Shown here: piece after piece, positions 39,539 to 49,128 of the stretch | Layout: every line of letters begins with the position of its first letter | How positions within the stretch are numbered: position 1 is the stretch's first letter | NCBI RefSeq assembly: GCF_000006765.1 | Contig: NC_002516.2 | Length of the DNA: 64,000 bases | From: Pseudomonas aeruginosa PAO1 | GTDB lineage: Bacteria; Pseudomonadota; Gammaproteobacteria; Pseudomonadales; Pseudomonadaceae | Direction: 5' to 3' (one strand) | Notes under the pieces: generated by a model | Told to the model about the DNA's origin: nothing | Databases searched by the model: none | The model's input: only the letters and a program-made list of their open reading frames with translations | Position numbers and translations under genes: made by a program

Positions 39539-40108
39539 TTGCCGAAGAAGTCCAATGCCGCCGAACGGATCGTCCATGCCACCGCCTCGCTGCTGGCCAG
39601 CCGCGGGTATTTCGGCACCGGGCTGAGCGACATCATCGCTCGCGCCGAGGCGCCGAAAGGCTCGCTCTATCACTATTTCCCCGAGGGCAAGCCGCAGATC
39701 GCCAGCGCCGCGATCGGCTTCGTCGCCGACGAGGTGGCGTCCTTCCTCGACCGCGCCGGGACCCAGGCCCCCCATGCGCGCAACGTCCTCCGCCAGTTCA
39801 CCGCGACCCTGCGTGGCTGGCTGGAGCATTCGCGTTTCGAAGAGGCCTGCCCGGTGCTCTCCACCAGCCTGAGCATCGACGCCGAGCTGGCCCCGGTGCA
39901 CGCTGAATGCCGCCGGGCGCTCCGCGCCTGGCACGCCAGCATCGAGCGTGCGTTGCGCGCCGACGGACTGGCGGAAAAGCTCGCCGCCTCGCGTGCCTGG
40001 CTGATCCTCGCGGCGCTGGAGGGGGCGGTCGCGGTGGCCCGCGTCGAGCGGTCGTTCCAGGCGCTGGATGCGATCGAGGAAGAATTGCAGGCGCTACTGC
40101 CGGCCTAG
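39539..40108 (+). CDS. TetR-family regulator
   Basis: GYFGTGLSDIIARAEAPKGSLYHYFP helix-turn-helix; start codon uncertain. Confidence 0.85.
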   Translation: MPKKSNAAERIVHATASLLASRGYFGTGLSDIIARAEAPKGSLYHYFPEGKPQIASAAIGFVADEVASFLDRAGTQAPHARNVLRQFTATLRGWLEHSRFEEACPVLSTSLSIDAELAPVHAECRRALRAWHASIERALRADGLAEKLAASRAWLILAALEGAVAVARVERSFQALDAIEEELQALLPA

Positions 40109-40141
40109 GCGGGTGTCGCGCCCAGGCCGGCCAGGTATCCG

Positions 40142-41869
40142 TCAGTGCTGCACGCTGTCCACCGCGATCGCTTCGCCGGAAACTTCGCGGTAGGCCGTGC
40201 GGCGCTTGGCCAGGGCGTAGTGGATCAGGCCGGCCAGGCCGGCGCCGAAGAACCAGGAGAACGGCGATAGCTCGGCGAATGCCGGCAACAATGCCAGCAG
40301 GGTGGAGATGATCGCCGCCGGGACGAACGCGGCGATGGCCCGCGGGTTCACCCCTCGCGCGTAGTGATAGGCGCCGGCGCGGCTTTCGGTGTACAGCTCC
40401 GGCAGGTTCACCCGGCCTTTCCGCACCAGGTAGTAGTCGACCATGATGATCCCGTACAGCGGGCCGAGCAGCGCGCCGAGGCCGCCGAGGAAGTAGAGGA
40501 TCACCCCGGGGCTGTTGTACAGGTGCCAGGGCAGGATCAGCACCGCGATGGTCGCGCTGATCAGCCCGGCGCGGCGGAAGTTCAGCAGGTTCGGCGCCAG
40601 GTTGGTGAGTACGTAGGCCGGGGCGACGAAGTTGGCCATGATGTTCACCGCCACGGTGACGATCAGCAGCGCCAGGCTGGCCAGCACCAGGAAGAGGGTG
40701 TCGGGGATCGCGGCGACGATGTCGGTGGGGCTCTGGATGAGCTGGCCGTCGATCCTGAACTGGGCGCCGGCGAGGACCACCGCGAACAGGCCGAACAGCA
40801 GGATGTTCACCGGCAGCCCCCAGAAGTTGCCGACGCTGATGGTGCGGCGGTCCGGGCAGCCGCGGGCGAAGTCGCAGAAGTTCAGGATCATGGTGCCGTA
40901 CAGGGTCACCCAGAACGCCGCACCGCCGAAGATCTTCAACCACATCTGCGAACCGCTCATGGGTTCGCCGCTGGACCAGGCGATGGAGGCGCCGGCGCGC
41001 AGGTACATCCAGGCGGCGAGGGCGGCGACGGTGAGCAGGATCACCGGTCCGGCGAAGGATTCGTAGCGACGCACCATCTCCATGCCGTAGGCGAAGATCA
41101 GCAGTTGCACGCACCAGATGGCGACGAAGGTCGCCCAGCCCAGGCTCGACAGGCCGAGGATGGCGTCCTGGTCGTAGGCTGCGAGCCCCGGCCAGATCGC
41201 CGTCAGCAGCACGCGCAGGACGATGGAGGCGAGATAGGTCTGGATGCCGAACCAGGCGATGGCGATCACCGCGCGGATCAGCGCGGGGAGTTGCGCGCCG
41301 TGGATGCCGAAGGCGATGCGGCACATCACCGGGTAGGGCAGCCCGGTCTTCTGGCCCATGTAGCCGGACAGGTTCATCAGCCCGTAGACCATCAGCGCGC
41401 CCAGGGCCAGCGCGGCGAGGATCTGCGCGCCGCTCATGCCGAGGGCGAAGAGGCCGATGGCGAAGGAGTAGTTGGCGATATTGTGCACGTCGTTGGTCCA
41501 CAGCGCGAACAGGCTGTAGCGTCCCCAGCGGCGCCCTTCGGCCTTGGTCGGGGCGAGATCGGCGCTGTACAGGCGCGGGCTCAGCGGCGGCAGTTCGGGG
41601 CCGGCGTGATGGCTGGCGCGGGGCAGGCAATCGAGGCTGGCGGGAGTGCCCAGGTCCAGGCGCGCCGCCGAGAACTCCGCTGCGCGCAGCCCGGCGCGTG
41701 GCAGGCAGTCGAGACTGGCCGGAGTGCCCAGGTCGAGCAGCGAGGCGGAGAACTCCGCGCTCCGCTGACCGGCGCGCGGCAGGCTGTCGAGGCTTTCCAG
41801 GGTGCCGAGGTCGAGCAGCGAGGGAGAAAACTCGCGGGGCGAGGCGGGCGGCTTCGGGGTGCTGGACAT
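40142..41869 (-). CDS. NCS1-family permease with a repeated N-terminal extension
   Basis: WTNDVHNIANY, GLPYPVMCRIAFG and LNFCDFAR motifs; 575 aa. Confidence 0.88.
   Translation of the reverse strand: MSSTPKPPASPREFSPSLLDLGTLESLDSLPRAGQRSAEFSASLLDLGTPASLDCLPRAGLRAAEFSAARLDLGTPASLDCLPRASHHAGPELPPLSPRLYSADLAPTKAEGRRWGRYSLFALWTNDVHNIANYSFAIGLFALGMSGAQILAALALGALMVYGLMNLSGYMGQKTGLPYPVMCRIAFGIHGAQLPALIRAVIAIAWFGIQTYLASIVLRVLLTAIWPGLAAYDQDAILGLSSLGWATFVAIWCVQLLIFAYGMEMVRRYESFAGPVILLTVAALAAWMYLRAGASIAWSSGEPMSGSQMWLKIFGGAAFWVTLYGTMILNFCDFARGCPDRRTISVGNFWGLPVNILLFGLFAVVLAGAQFRIDGQLIQSPTDIVAAIPDTLFLVLASLALLIVTVAVNIMANFVAPAYVLTNLAPNLLNFRRAGLISATIAVLILPWHLYNSPGVILYFLGGLGALLGPLYGIIMVDYYLVRKGRVNLPELYTESRAGAYHYARGVNPRAIAAFVPAAIISTLLALLPAFAELSPFSWFFGAGLAGLIHYALAKRRTAYREVSGEAIAVDSVQH
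41615..41833 (-). repeat. In-frame 78-bp tandem repeat, about 2.8 copies (26 aa)
   Basis: EFSPSLLDLGTLESLDSLPRAGQRSA / EFSASLLDLGTPASLDCLPRAGLRAA / EFSAARLDLGTPASLDCLPRA; copies start at 41833, 41755 and 41677. Confidence 0.92.
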
Positions 41870-41927
41870 GGCGGTCTCCTCCGGCAGTCGGAAGAACTCG
41901 GCGCGAGGTCGGGTTCGTCTGTTGTTT

Positions 41928-41937
41928 TTGTATACAA
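41928..41937. promoter_or_regulatory. GntR/FadR-type operator palindrome
   Basis: TTGTATACAA, just downstream of the predicted sigma54 start site. Confidence 0.5.
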
Positions 41938-41952
41938 GAATTTCGAAGATTT

Positions 41953-41969
41953 AAGCCAGTTATGTGCCA
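41953..41969 (-). promoter_or_regulatory. sigma54 (-24/-12) promoter of the NCS1 permease
   Basis: Minus strand TGGCAC-ATAAC-TGGCTT with exact GG-N10-GC spacing. Confidence 0.7.
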
Positions 41970-42153
41970 ACCGATCCTCGACCGAATTTTCCGCGCTCTG
42001 CGGAAACCGGCCTTTCGGCGGCAAGCCCCTGAAACCGCTTGGGAAAAAGCTGTCGCTTCGATCAGGTAAGAATTTCGAACCGATTCATAGGCTTATGCGG
42101 ACGGACGAGGGAGAGGGAAAAAAAGCGGGACGCCAGGAGGTCGCATTGGGAAA

Positions 42154-42173
42154 ATTGTGCACAATAATTGTGC
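42154..42173. promoter_or_regulatory. NtrC-type upstream activator site
   Basis: Perfect GCACAAT-A-ATTGTGC (GCAC-N7-GTGC, 42159-42173) overlapping palindrome ATTGTGCACAAT (42154-42165); about 190 bp upstream of the sigma54 promoter. Confidence 0.6.
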
Positions 42174-42216
42174 CCAGTGTTACCGCTGCGCCCGTCGACG
42201 GTGCGCGGCGCGAAGC

Positions 42217-43143
42217 TCAGCCCGTCCGGGAAATATCCAGGCCCTTCAACTGCCCGATCATCCACGCATGGGCGTCACGCCCGACATGCTGGACGTGGCT
42301 GTAGAGCCGCAGCACGTAGGGCGGAATGTCGAACGGAGCGGGATACAGGGCGAGGCCGGCGGCTTCCGCCAGGGCCCGTGCGGCATGTCGCGGAGCGGTG
42401 AGCAGGAAATCGGTGGAGCCTGCCAGGAACAGCGCCGCCAGCACCGTCGGCAGTTGCACCGCCACTTCGCGACGCAGGCCGGAGCGGGCCAGCAGCCGGT
42501 CGATCACCCCGCTGTCCTCGTTCCACGGCGTCACCACCGCATGCCGTTCGGCCAGGTAGCCCTCCAGCGTCGGCGCCCCGGCGAGGCGTGGGTGGTCGCG
42601 CCGCGCTACCACCACGTAGCGGTCGGCGAACCAGTCATGGGCCTGGATGCCTTCGGGCAGGCGCTCGTGTTCCTCGTCGTAGCCGAGGGCGAAATCGATC
42701 CGCCCGCTGGCCAGGGCCTCCACCGACAGCTTGCGTTCCGCATTGACCAGGCGCAGGCGCACTCCGGGCGCGCTGTGCTGCAGGCGGTTCATCAGCGGCG
42801 GAAGCAGGGCGAAAGCGGTGTAGTCGGTGGCGGCGAAGACGAAGGTGCGCTGGCTCTGTCCCGGTACGAACGGCCGCCACTCTTCCAGCCCCTCGCCGAG
42901 GGCGCGCAGGGCGGCGGCCACCGCAGCGGCCAGGTGCTCGGCACGCTGGGTCGGCTGCATGCGATTGCCCTGGCGCAGGAACAGTTCGTCGTCCAGCCCC
43001 TGGCGCAGGCGCCCCAGCGCATGGCTGAAGGCCGAGGCGCTGATCGCCAGTTCGCTGGCTGCGGTGCCGACGTTGCGGTGGCGATACAGGGCGTCGAAGA
43101 CAAGCAGGAGGTTGAGATCGAGACGGCGCAGCAGGGGATGCAT
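42217..43143 (-). CDS. LysR-family regulator
   Basis: LDLNLLLVFDAL...SASAFSHALGRLR helix-turn-helix. Confidence 0.9.
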   Translation of the reverse strand: MHPLLRRLDLNLLLVFDALYRHRNVGTAASELAISASAFSHALGRLRQGLDDELFLRQGNRMQPTQRAEHLAAAVAAALRALGEGLEEWRPFVPGQSQRTFVFAATDYTAFALLPPLMNRLQHSAPGVRLRLVNAERKLSVEALASGRIDFALGYDEEHERLPEGIQAHDWFADRYVVVARRDHPRLAGAPTLEGYLAERHAVVTPWNEDSGVIDRLLARSGLRREVAVQLPTVLAALFLAGSTDFLLTAPRHAARALAEAAGLALYPAPFDIPPYVLRLYSHVQHVGRDAHAWMIGQLKGLDISRTG

Positions 43144-43168
43144 GTTGTTCAGTTGCCGATGATAAGAA

Positions 43169-43181
43169 TGCACTTCATGCA
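43169..43181. promoter_or_regulatory. LysR T-N11-A box between the LysR gene and the GNAT gene
   Basis: TGCA-CTTCA-TGCA. Confidence 0.45.
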
Positions 43182-43230
43182 TCTTAGCAGGCGCACTAGG
43201 ATGGCCGGATCCCCCACCGGAAGGTTGCCC

Positions 43231-43707
43231 ATGACTCTCGAAATCCGTCCCGCCGTACCGGCCGACGCCGAACAGATCCTTGCCTTCATCATCGAACTGG
43301 CCGACTACGAGCGCGCCCGCCATGAGGTGGTCACCGATGTCGAAGGCATCCGCCGCAGCCTGTTCGCCGAAGGCTCGCCGACCCGCGCGCTGATGTGCCT
43401 GAGCGAAGGCCGGCCGATCGGCTATGCGGTGTATTTCTACAGCTACTCGACCTGGCTGGGGCGCAACGGCATCTACCTCGAAGACCTCTACGTCACCCCT
43501 GAGTACCGTGGCGTCGGCGCCGGTCGCCGGCTGCTCCGCGAGCTGGCCCGCGAGGCCGTGGCCAACGACTGCGGACGCCTGGAGTGGAGCGTGCTGGACT
43601 GGAACCAGCCGGCCATCGACTTCTACCGCTCCATCGGCGCGCTGCCGCAGGACGAGTGGGTGCGCTATCGCCTGGATGGCGAGGCGTTGCGCAAGATGGC
43701 GGAATAG
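43231..43707 (+). CDS. GNAT N-acetyltransferase (SSAT/diamine acetyltransferase-like)
   Basis: IIELADYE, YSTWLG..IYLEDLYV..RGVGAG and WSVLDWN motifs. Confidence 0.88.
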   Translation: MTLEIRPAVPADAEQILAFIIELADYERARHEVVTDVEGIRRSLFAEGSPTRALMCLSEGRPIGYAVYFYSYSTWLGRNGIYLEDLYVTPEYRGVGAGRRLLRELAREAVANDCGRLEWSVLDWNQPAIDFYRSIGALPQDEWVRYRLDGEALRKMAE

Positions 43708-43747
43708 CTGGCGGCAAGCCGACGTTGATGCCGGGGGAGTGTGGGGG

Positions 43748-43778
43748 GTAGGGCGAATAGCGCCTGGCGATATCTGCC
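43748..43778. repeat. Degenerate REP
   Basis: GTAGGGCGAATAGCGCCTGGCGATATCTGCC. Confidence 0.7.
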
Positions 43779-43784
43779 AGTTTC

Positions 43785-44735
43785 TCACCGAGGACGCCTG
43801 GCGCCTGCCGAGTCATCGCCACCGGTATCCATGCCGCTCTCCCGTAGCGCTGTAGCGTTGTCCCGCAGGAACGCCCACAGGCGTTCCGCTACCGGGCCCT
43901 GCGCGCGATCGCGCCGGCGCGCCGCCACCACCTCTTCGCTGCGTCCTGGCAGATGCGGCCCGGCCAGTGCGAGCAGGCGGCCGTCGGCCAGTTCCTCGTC
44001 TATCAGGAAGTCCGGCAGGTGCCCCCAGCCGAGGCCCTGGAGGATCACCTCTTTCTTCGTTCGCTGGTCCGGCACGCTGCACTGTCGCGCGCCGGCGAGC
44101 ATGAAATAGTCCGTCGGCGGAGAATGGCGGGCGCTGTCGCGCATCACGCACTGGGCGAAGGGGCGCAGTTGTTCCGGGCGCACCGGTCGCGGCGGAGGAT
44201 CGCCGAGCAGGCCCGGCGCGATGACCGGGACCAGCCCGACCCTGCACAGGTCGAGCCATTCCAGGCGTGGGTCGGACTTGTCCACGCGATGCAGGATCAG
44301 GTCGGCCTCGCCGTCCAGCAGGCGCTCCAGCGGGCCGCTGACGGTTTCGAACAGCAATTGCAGGCGGGTCTGCGGCTGGCTGCCGAAGAACCCTGCGAGC
44401 AGCGCCAGGGCCGGGCGCGGCGGGCAGAGGTCGCCCAGTACCACGCGCAGCTCGCTTTCCTCGCCCTGGGCCAGGTGCGCGGCGTGGCCACGCAGCCCTT
44501 CCAGTTCGTAGAGCAGGGCCTGGGCACGCTGGTGGAAGGAGCGACCGGCGGCGGTCAGGCCGACCCGGTAGCCGCCCCGTTCCAGCAGCGCCAGGCCGAG
44601 CTGGCGCTCCAGCCGGGCAACGGCGGCGAACACCGCCGGATGGGAGCGGTGCAGGCGCTGTGCGGCGGCCTGGAAGCCGCCGGCGTCGACCACCGCGTCG
44701 AAGCATTGGAGGTCGTGGAGGGTGAAGTCGTGCAT
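43785..44735 (-). CDS. LysR-family regulator
   Basis: FDAVVDAGGFQAAAQRLHRSHPAVF helix-turn-helix. Confidence 0.88.
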   Translation of the reverse strand: MHDFTLHDLQCFDAVVDAGGFQAAAQRLHRSHPAVFAAVARLERQLGLALLERGGYRVGLTAAGRSFHQRAQALLYELEGLRGHAAHLAQGEESELRVVLGDLCPPRPALALLAGFFGSQPQTRLQLLFETVSGPLERLLDGEADLILHRVDKSDPRLEWLDLCRVGLVPVIAPGLLGDPPPRPVRPEQLRPFAQCVMRDSARHSPPTDYFMLAGARQCSVPDQRTKKEVILQGLGWGHLPDFLIDEELADGRLLALAGPHLPGRSEEVVAARRRDRAQGPVAERLWAFLRDNATALRESGMDTGGDDSAGARRPR

Positions 44736-44838
44736 GTCAGCTTCCCTGACAGAGTCGCTCCATTCTTTGTAGTTTTTCCCAGGGGCCGTCGCAACTAGCC
44801 TGGCGTGCATGGCAATCACCCTGACCCCGGAGGCTCCC

Positions 44839-45636
44839 ATGGGCAACCTGTCTTTTCTCGCTACCAGCGACGGCGCCAGCCTCGCCTATCGCCTGGACGG
44901 TGCGGCGGAGAAACCGCTGCTGGCGCTCTCCAACTCCATCGGCACCACCCTGCACATGTGGGATGCGCAACTCCCGGCACTGACCCGGCACTTCCGCGTC
45001 CTGCGCTACGACGCCCGCGGCCATGGCGCCTCCAGCGTGCCGCCGGGGCCCTACACCCTGGCCCGGCTGGGCGAGGACGTACTGGAGCTGCTCGACGCGC
45101 TGGAGGTACGGCGCGCGCATTTCCTCGGCCTGTCCCTGGGCGGGATCGTCGGCCAGTGGCTGGCGCTGCATGCGCCGCAGCGGATCGAGCGGCTGGTGCT
45201 GGCCAACACCTCGGCCTGGCTCGGCCCGGCGGCGCAGTGGGACGAGCGCATCGCCGCGGTGCTGCAGGCCGAGGACATGAGCGAGACCGCCGCGGGCTTC
45301 CTCGGCAACTGGTTTCCGCCGGCGCTGCTGGAGCGCGCCGAGCCCGTCGTCGAGCGCTTCCGGGCGATGCTCATGGCCACCAACCGGCACGGCCTGGCCG
45401 GCTCCTTCGCGGCGGTGCGCGATACCGACCTGCGCGCGCAACTGGCGCGGATCGAGCGGCCGACCCTGGTGATCGCAGGGGCGTACGACACGGTCACCGC
45501 CGCCAGCCACGGCGAGCTGATCGCCGCGTCGATTGCCGGGGCCAGGCTGGTTACGCTGCCGGCGGTGCATCTGTCGAACGTCGAGTTCCCGCAGGCGTTC
45601 GAAGGCGCGGTGCTGAGCTTTCTCGGCGCAGCCTGA
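44839..45636 (+). CDS. Alpha/beta hydrolase (3-oxoadipate enol-lactonase-like)
   Basis: LSNSIGT, YDARGHG, GLSLGG nucleophile elbow and HLSNVE motifs. Confidence 0.85.
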   Translation: MGNLSFLATSDGASLAYRLDGAAEKPLLALSNSIGTTLHMWDAQLPALTRHFRVLRYDARGHGASSVPPGPYTLARLGEDVLELLDALEVRRAHFLGLSLGGIVGQWLALHAPQRIERLVLANTSAWLGPAAQWDERIAAVLQAEDMSETAAGFLGNWFPPALLERAEPVVERFRAMLMATNRHGLAGSFAAVRDTDLRAQLARIERPTLVIAGAYDTVTAASHGELIAASIAGARLVTLPAVHLSNVEFPQAFEGAVLSFLGAA

Positions 45637-45678
45637 TTACGCTATCGTCGCGCCTTTTCCCTCGGCGCAGGAGCCGAC

Positions 45679-46122
45679 ATGAACGAGCCGGGCAGTTTCA
45701 TCTGGACGTGGTACGGGCAGGATGAGCATCGATGGGTCCTGCTCAGCGCAGAGGCGTTCCTGGCGCTCGATTTCCTGGCCCTTGACGGTGCCATGCAGAG
45801 AGAGACCATCGGCAGTTGCCCGGGCTGCTCTACCTGGTCGGAGAAGGTCGTGCCGTTGCACGAGTGGCTCGAAGGCTGTCCGGGTCACCAGGCCGGGAGT
45901 TTTCGCGATGCCTTGAGGCGTGTCTGGGCGCTGTGCAACGAGCTGCCCGAGGAAGCGCTGGGCTGCTTCGACTTCGACATCTATGCCCACCCCGGATGGC
46001 AGGCGGTACGTCGAGAGGCCCGGGAGGCGCTGCGGCAGAACGGTTGGGACAGCATCCGTAGCCACGCCGAGGAGCTGCGCGACGACTGTTGGGAGCGTGT
46101 GCATGGCTACCCGAAGAAATGA
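45679..46122 (+). CDS. Hypothetical Trp/Cys-rich protein, 147 aa
   Basis: RBS AGGAG; fills the gap before a terminator; no family recognised. Confidence 0.65.
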   Translation: MNEPGSFIWTWYGQDEHRWVLLSAEAFLALDFLALDGAMQRETIGSCPGCSTWSEKVVPLHEWLEGCPGHQAGSFRDALRRVWALCNELPEEALGCFDFDIYAHPGWQAVRREAREALRQNGWDSIRSHAEELRDDCWERVHGYPKK

Positions 46123-46148
46123 AAAAGCCGCCCCTCGGGGCGGCTTTT
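46123..46148. terminator. Bidirectional Rho-independent terminator
   Basis: AAAAGCCGCCCC-TC-GGGGCGGCTTTT between convergent genes. Confidence 0.9.
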
Positions 46149-46169
46149 CGTTGCGCTGCGGCGAACGGC

Positions 46170-48347
46170 CTACAGCCCGTTCTTCGCCTTGAACTCACGG
46201 CGGCGGCGATGCAGGACCGGCTCGGTATAGCCGTTCGGCTGCCGGGTGCCTTCCACCACCAGCTCCAGGGCGGCCTGGAACGCGACGTTGTCGTCGAAGT
46301 TCGGCGCCATCGGCCGGTAGGACGGGTCGCTGGCGTTCTGCCGGTCGACCACCACGGCCATGCGCTTGAGGCTCTCGACCACCTGCTCCTGGCTGATCAC
46401 GCCGTGACGCAGCCAGTTGGCCAGCAGTTGGCTGGAGATGCGCAGGGTGGCGCGGTCTTCCATCAGACCGACGTCGTTGATGTCCGGCACCTTGGAGCAG
46501 CCGACGCCCTGGTCGATCCAGCGGACGACATAGCCGAGGATGCCCTGGGCGTTGTTGTCCACCTCGTTCTTGATCTCTTCCGCGGTCCAGTTGGTGTTCG
46601 GCGCCAGCGGAATGGTCAGGATGTCGTCCACCGAGGCCGGGGTGCGCTTGGCCAGCTCGGCCTGGCGGGCGAACACGTCGACCTTGTGGTAATGCAGGGC
46701 GTGCAGGGTCGCGGCGGTCGGCGACGGGACCCAGGCGGTGTTGGCGCCGGCCAGCGGATGGCCGATCTTCTGCTCGAGCATGGCGGCCATCAGGTCGGGC
46801 ATGGCCCACATGCCCTTGCCGATCTGCGCCTTGCCTTGCAGGCCGGTGGCCAGGCCGACGTCGACGTTGTTGTTCTCGTAGGCGCCGATCCACTTCTCCG
46901 ACTTCATGGCGCCCTTGCGCACCACGGCGCCGGCTTCCATGGAGGTGTGGATCTCGTCGCCGGTGCGGTCGAGGAAGCCGGTGTTGATGAACACCACGCG
47001 ATCCTTGGCCGCCTTGATGCAGGCCTTCAGGTTCACGGTGGTGCGGCGCTCCTCGTCCATGATGCCGACCTTCAGGGTGTTGCGCGGCAGGCCGAGGACG
47101 TCCTCGACGCGGCCGAACAGCTCGTTGGTGAAGGCGGCTTCTTCCGGACCGTGCATCTTCGGCTTGACGATATACACGCTGCCGGTGCGGCTGTTCTTGC
47201 GGCTGGTGTTGCCGTTCAGGTCATGAATGGCGATCAGGCTGGTGAACAGACCGTCCTGGATGCCTTCCGGCACTTCGTTGCCGTCCTTGTCGAGGATCGC
47301 ATCGTTGGTCATCAGGTGGCCGACGTTGCGCACGAACAGCAGCGAGCGGCCGTGCAGGGTCAGTTCGGAACCGTCGGCCCTGGTGTAGACGCGGTCCGGG
47401 TTCATGGTGCGGGTGAAGGTGCTGCCGCCCTTGCTGACTTCCTCGGCCAGGTCGCCTTTCATCAGGCCCAGCCAGTTGCGGTAGATCACTACCTTGTCGT
47501 CGGCGTCGACCGCGGCGACCGAGTCCTCGCAGTCCATGATGGTGGTGAGGGCGGCTTCCATCAGCACGTCCTTCACGCCTGCGGCATCGGTCTGGCCGAC
47601 CGGGCTGCTCGGGTCGATCTGGATTTCGAAGTGCAGGCCGTTGTGCTTGAGCAGTACCGCTTGCGGCTTGGCGGCGTCGCCCTGGAAGGCAAGGAACTGG
47701 CCAGCATTCTTCAGGCCGGTTTCGCTGCCGTTCTTCAGCGCGACGACCAGCGCGCCGTTCTTCACGCTGTAGGAAGTGGCGTCGACATGGGAGCCGGACT
47801 CCAGCGGCGCGGCCTCGTCGAGGAAGGCGCGAGCGAAGGCGATGACCTTGTCGCCGCGAACCTTGTTGTAGCCCTTGCCTTTCTCGGCGCCGCCTTCTTC
47901 GCTGATCACGTCGGTGCCGTAGAGTGCGTCGTACAGCGAGCCCCAGCGGGCGTTGGAGGCGTTGAGGGCGAAGCGCGCATTCATCACCGGCACCACCAGC
48001 TGCGGGCCGGCCATGCGGGCGATCTCGTCGTCGACGTTCTGGGTGCCGGCCTGGAAGTCTTCCGCCTCGGGCAGCAGGTAGCCGATTTCCTCGAGGAAGG
48101 CCTTGTAGGCAACTGCGTCGTGGGCCTGGCCGGCGCGAGCCTGGTGCCAGCCGTCGATCTTGGCCTGGAGTTCGTCGCGCTTGGCGAGCAGGGCTTTATT
48201 CTTCGGCGCCAGGTCGTTGATCACGGCCTCCGCACCGGTCCAGAACGTGTCGGCAGAGACGCCGGTTCCGGGGATGGCTTCGTTGTTCACGAAGTCGAAC
48301 AGGACTTTGGCGACCTGCAGGCCACCGACTTGAACGCGTTCAGTCAT
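46170..48347 (-). CDS. glcB: Malate synthase G
   Basis: [32 protein letters not shown] and [13 protein letters not shown] motifs. Confidence 0.96.
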   Translation of the reverse strand: MTERVQVGGLQVAKVLFDFVNNEAIPGTGVSADTFWTGAEAVINDLAPKNKALLAKRDELQAKIDGWHQARAGQAHDAVAYKAFLEEIGYLLPEAEDFQAGTQNVDDEIARMAGPQLVVPVMNARFALNASNARWGSLYDALYGTDVISEEGGAEKGKGYNKVRGDKVIAFARAFLDEAAPLESGSHVDATSYSVKNGALVVALKNGSETGLKNAGQFLAFQGDAAKPQAVLLKHNGLHFEIQIDPSSPVGQTDAAGVKDVLMEAALTTIMDCEDSVAAVDADDKVVIYRNWLGLMKGDLAEEVSKGGSTFTRTMNPDRVYTRADGSELTLHGRSLLFVRNVGHLMTNDAILDKDGNEVPEGIQDGLFTSLIAIHDLNGNTSRKNSRTGSVYIVKPKMHGPEEAAFTNELFGRVEDVLGLPRNTLKVGIMDEERRTTVNLKACIKAAKDRVVFINTGFLDRTGDEIHTSMEAGAVVRKGAMKSEKWIGAYENNNVDVGLATGLQGKAQIGKGMWAMPDLMAAMLEQKIGHPLAGANTAWVPSPTAATLHALHYHKVDVFARQAELAKRTPASVDDILTIPLAPNTNWTAEEIKNEVDNNAQGILGYVVRWIDQGVGCSKVPDINDVGLMEDRATLRISSQLLANWLRHGVISQEQVVESLKRMAVVVDRQNASDPSYRPMAPNFDDNVAFQAALELVVEGTRQPNGYTEPVLHRRRREFKAKNGL

Positions 48348-48397
48348 TGTTTGCCTCACTCTGCTCTAGACCAGCTCTGGACCCGGGCCGCACGGCC

Positions 48398-48425
48398 TTG
48401 TAGTCCGAGCCGCGGCATACTACAT
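48398..48425. promoter_or_regulatory. RccR (HexR-family) operator of glcB
   Basis: 28-bp TTGTAGT-N14-ACTACAT; glcB is an established RccR target in pseudomonads. Confidence 0.7.
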
Positions 48426-48653
48426 GATGCCGCGGGAAAAATCAGTGGTTACGCGTCGCGTTACGACTGGATGACGCTTCACGGTCACGTTGGCCAGGCT
48501 CAATGTTCGCAAAAAAACTGTACTTTGTTCCAGATAAATCTAAAAACAGTACACGATTTATCACGAGCCCAACTGCGGCGCGGCGTCGCAGGATGTTTCA
48601 CTGCGCTGCGAGCGCCTTGCCTATACTCCCGGAATCGCCCCAGGAGCCTCGCC

Positions 48654-49097
48654 ATGCCCGTCCATGCCGCATCCCTCGCCGATCTCGCCGACCTGGTTCC
48701 GCTGTTTTCCGCCTACCTCGACTTCTACGAAGTGCCGGCGCCGGAAGAGCAGGTTCGCGCATTCCTCGCCGAGCGCCTGCGCCAGGGCGATTCGACCCTG
48801 TTCCTGGCCAGGGATGCCGAGGCGCGGGCGCTGGGCTTCGTCCAACTCTATCCGCTGTTCGCCTCCCTGGCGCTACGACCTTCGTGGCTGCTCAGCGATC
48901 TCTACGTCCGCCCGGAGGCGCGTCGCCGGGGTGTCGGCGAGGCCCTGATGAACCAGGCCCGGGGTTTCGCCGAAAGCATGGGCGCCTGCGGCCTGCAACT
49001 GGAGACGGCGAAGACCAACCACGCCGGGCAGTCGCTCTACGAGCGCCTCGGCTATGTCCGTGACGAACAGTTCTACACTTACTGGCTGCAGCTCTGA
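48654..49097 (+). CDS. GNAT acetyltransferase
   Basis: LSDLYVRPEARRRGVGEAL and AGQSLYERLGY motifs; RBS AGGAG. Confidence 0.88.
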   Translation: MPVHAASLADLADLVPLFSAYLDFYEVPAPEEQVRAFLAERLRQGDSTLFLARDAEARALGFVQLYPLFASLALRPSWLLSDLYVRPEARRRGVGEALMNQARGFAESMGACGLQLETAKTNHAGQSLYERLGYVRDEQFYTYWLQL

Positions 49098-49128
49098 ACT
49101 CCCATTCGTCCCAGCAGGAGGCAAGCTC

